Assembly: GCF_009914755.1 (NCBI RefSeq)
Contig: NC_060935.1
Reading direction: 5' to 3' (one strand)
Origin: the human T2T-CHM13v2.0 reference genome, Homo sapiens
Length of the DNA: 64,000 bases
The position numbers and the translations under genes were made by a program. This document shows, in pieces, positions 61,613 to 64,000 of the stretch (positions are counted from its first letter, which is position 1; each line of letters opens with the position of its first letter). The notes below the pieces were generated by a model. That model did no database searches. It worked only from the letters and a program-made list of their open reading frames with translations, and was not told the origin of the DNA.

Positions 61613-62371
61613 AGCCCAGGAAGGTCTAAGGAGAAGGTGGTGTCAGAACTGATCCCGGACAGGTGAGCGAGTGTTCAGTCCAGGAGGGAAAGGCCAGATG
61701 CCAGGCATGCTGGTCGGTCAGGACGGGACCTGCTCTACCTGGGGGAGGGAACATGCCAGGCTTCAGGACGAAGTGAACGACGGGGGCATTGACAGATGAA
61801 ACTTCTTTCTGCCTCTCGCTTTCTCCCTGCCTCCCATTTTCTTTCCCTTTTTCTTGCCTCCGCTCCTTTTGACTTTAGCCACCCCTGCTCTCTTCCTGTC
61901 TGCGTCATCCTCGCCCTCCTTCATACCCCCGCCTGCCTGCCTGCCTTCCTTCTCCCAGACTCTCTTTATATTTGGGGGGACTAATGCAGCAGCTGTGCTG
62001 GGGCTCCCCCTACCCCCCTGCAGGCCAGGCCAGGCCGTGGGATGGAATCTGCAGGTTTGTTCCATTAGCCTCTGTCCTTCTGTGACAGTCCAGACAATTT
62101 ATACACCCTGTTGGCTATGGCCGTATGTTGTCATAACCTGGGTCATTTCCTCATTTAATGCTGCCCATAAACTCCAATAAAACTGTCCTGGAGCCCAGTC
62201 GTCCAGGGGAGAAGGAGAGACTCTGGGTTTCGAAGGGTTGGAGCAGGGGCCTGGGCAGCGGGTGTGCAGAAGGTGAGGGGGCAGCGGGTGAAGAGGAGAG
62301 GACTGGGCCATGGCGCAAGCCCGACCTGATGAGTGCTTTGCTTCTTTCCCTGTCCCTGCCGCTGGCTGCAG

Positions 62372-62469
62372 TGTGTCAGATCCTCCCCAAGGGGGTGGTC
62401 GCTGTCCTCGGACCATCGTCCAGCCCAGCCTCCAGCTCCATCATCAGCAACATCTGTGGAGAGAAGGAG
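62372..62469 (+). CDS. GRIK4: GRIK4 next coding exon, 98 nt, phase 1-0
   Basis: Pyrimidine tract cttctttccctgtccctgccgctggctgcAG|TG and donor GAG|GTGAGT at 62469/62470. Encodes (M)[32 protein letters not shown], a kainate receptor ATD motif. Confidence 0.97.
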
Positions 62470-63395
62470 GTGAGTGTGAGGCAGGGCTGGGGAATATCTG
62501 TGTGCTGGAGCCTGTGCCCAGGGTCCAAAGATAGGGTTGATTCTCAAGGGCTGGAAGAGCCTGTCAAGGCTGGGTTGGTATCATTAATAACAACAACATA
62601 AATACAAATACAGAAGCAGTGGGCTTGCCCTGCTCCAGGATGTTTGCATGGAGGGGTCTCGGAGGAGGTGTTTGACAGCAGGAATCTGAAGCGGAGCTCC
62701 TCCCTGTCTTAGGGTCCCATGGCGGTGCCCCCAGCGGCCTCTTGGTGGTGGTGGGTAGAGGGAGAGGCTGGAGAGGCTGATGGGCATGGCAGGCCAAGCG
62801 GGCAGACGTCTGAGCGTCCACTCTCGTGTCCACGTGAGCAGCTCCCTGGTTATCTGTTTACATATCGGGATTCTGGGGAAGAATGCCTTCGGGGAAGGCA
62901 TTGCCACATTTTATTGCTAAAATAAAGTTTGAAAGCCTCTGTCATATAAGTTCTCTAGAAAAGAGATTTTATCTTGCTTTCTTCCTCATTCACCAGTTCC
63001 AGTGTTTGCTTCTTCAAGCAGCACATTCTTCCTCAGATGTGACTCGAACTGGAGGCTCTCCAGTTTCAAAGTGTTGAGTCCATTTGCTCTAGTTCTGTTT
63101 CCATGGGAGAAAAAAAATGGTAGGGCACAAGTTTCAGAGTGACTGCCCCCCTCCCTATTCTGCCAACTCTCCCCCTCCTTTTTCCCCAGAGAAGACAAAC
63201 TCAGAAATTCAGAGATTCTGTCTAGTCCTGGCATCTTTCCTGGTCCTTCCTGGATCCATCAATCCTTCCCCTTCAGATATATCCTCGGGAGACAGTGAGA
63301 AATTGGCCCCTTAGCCCCTGTCTGCCCCAAGGGCCTTCCAGCCAGGTCCTTAGGGGGCAGATGGAGCTTGGTGGTCAGGCATGAGGTCAGGAGCT

Positions 63396-63415
63396 GGGTG
63401 GGGGCGGGGGCAGGG
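63396..63415 (+). other. Canonical G-quadruplex motif / GC-box
   Basis: GGGtGGGGGcGGGGGcaGGG. Confidence 0.6.
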
Positions 63416-64000
63416 ACATGGGAGGAAGGCTCAGTCTCGCTTCTGCCCTAGAGGCCTGGAGGCTCAGCCTTCCAGAAGCTCTAGTCTCAGGAGGACACAG
63501 TTCTTAGAAACAGGAGGAACACTTGCTGCAGGAGGGACTGGATGCCTCCTCAGTGAGCCGCTCCTGCCAGGGCAGGAGCAACAGACAGTCCTCTGCCCAC
63601 CCCATGCCTGCTGGGAGTCTACCCCTCTGATGCCACCACTGTCTCTTATGATCCAGGGCTCAGTGAGTCCCTGACGCTTTGGGCAGAAGAATATTTATCT
63701 TCCCGATTTTAGGAGCCCACTCTCAGAATTGTGTGCACGTTTAAGTGCCGCGATCCTAGTCCTGGTCGCGTTGGTCCTGCTCCTCCAGTAGCTGGGCCTC
63801 TCTCTGTAGGCTGTACCCTTGAGCCTTCTTACATGGGCTGGGGCTGACAAGTCCCCATCCTCCTCCCGGTCACATATCCTCAAATACAACTCTGAGGCCA
63901 GCCCAGGCCACAGAGGAGCTCTGTCCTACTAGGTCCCTCCCAGCCTCTCCCAGGCCGTGGCCCAGGAAGTTAGACCTCACGTGTAATTTACATCTTTCTT

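Noticed and set aside
62176-62181. AATAAA upstream of the second exon
   Set aside because: No clear GU/U-rich downstream element; the hexamer is common by chance.

Overview
Human/hominoid genomic DNA: a repeat-rich intronic stretch of GRIK4 (kainate receptor subunit GluK4/KA1), transcribed on the + strand. Two coding exons are present, 49687-49851 (165 nt) and 62372-62469 (98 nt). They splice in frame into the GluK4 amino-terminal domain ([16 protein letters not shown]...[38 protein letters not shown]). The rest is intron, containing a full-length antisense L1PA7-like LINE inside a four-layer transposon nest (about 6.2-16.7 kb), 17 Alus, older L1M, L2 and MIR fragments, MaLR/ERVL LTRs, hAT/TcMar MITEs, microsatellites and an ~840-bp G-rich VNTR. 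No RNA genes or CRISPR arrays are present, and most ORF-track entries are repeat-derived or chance. The sequence alone does not demonstrate a new biological system. The strongest leads are: (i) an intact ORF0-like frame plus antisense-promoter splice donors in the L1, pointing in the GRIK4 sense direction; (ii) candidate cryptic exons (one next to a UG repeat, one AluJ-derived, one frame-preserving 96-nt cassette); (iii) a 174-codon in-frame open extension upstream of the first exon; (iv) a TTAGGG-bearing dimeric VNTR apparently born from an LTR edge; (v) small repair scars (a templated 64-bp insertion and a micro-inversion). Repeat subfamily names come from remembered consensus sequences, not from a RepeatMasker run, and boundaries of old repeats are approximate.
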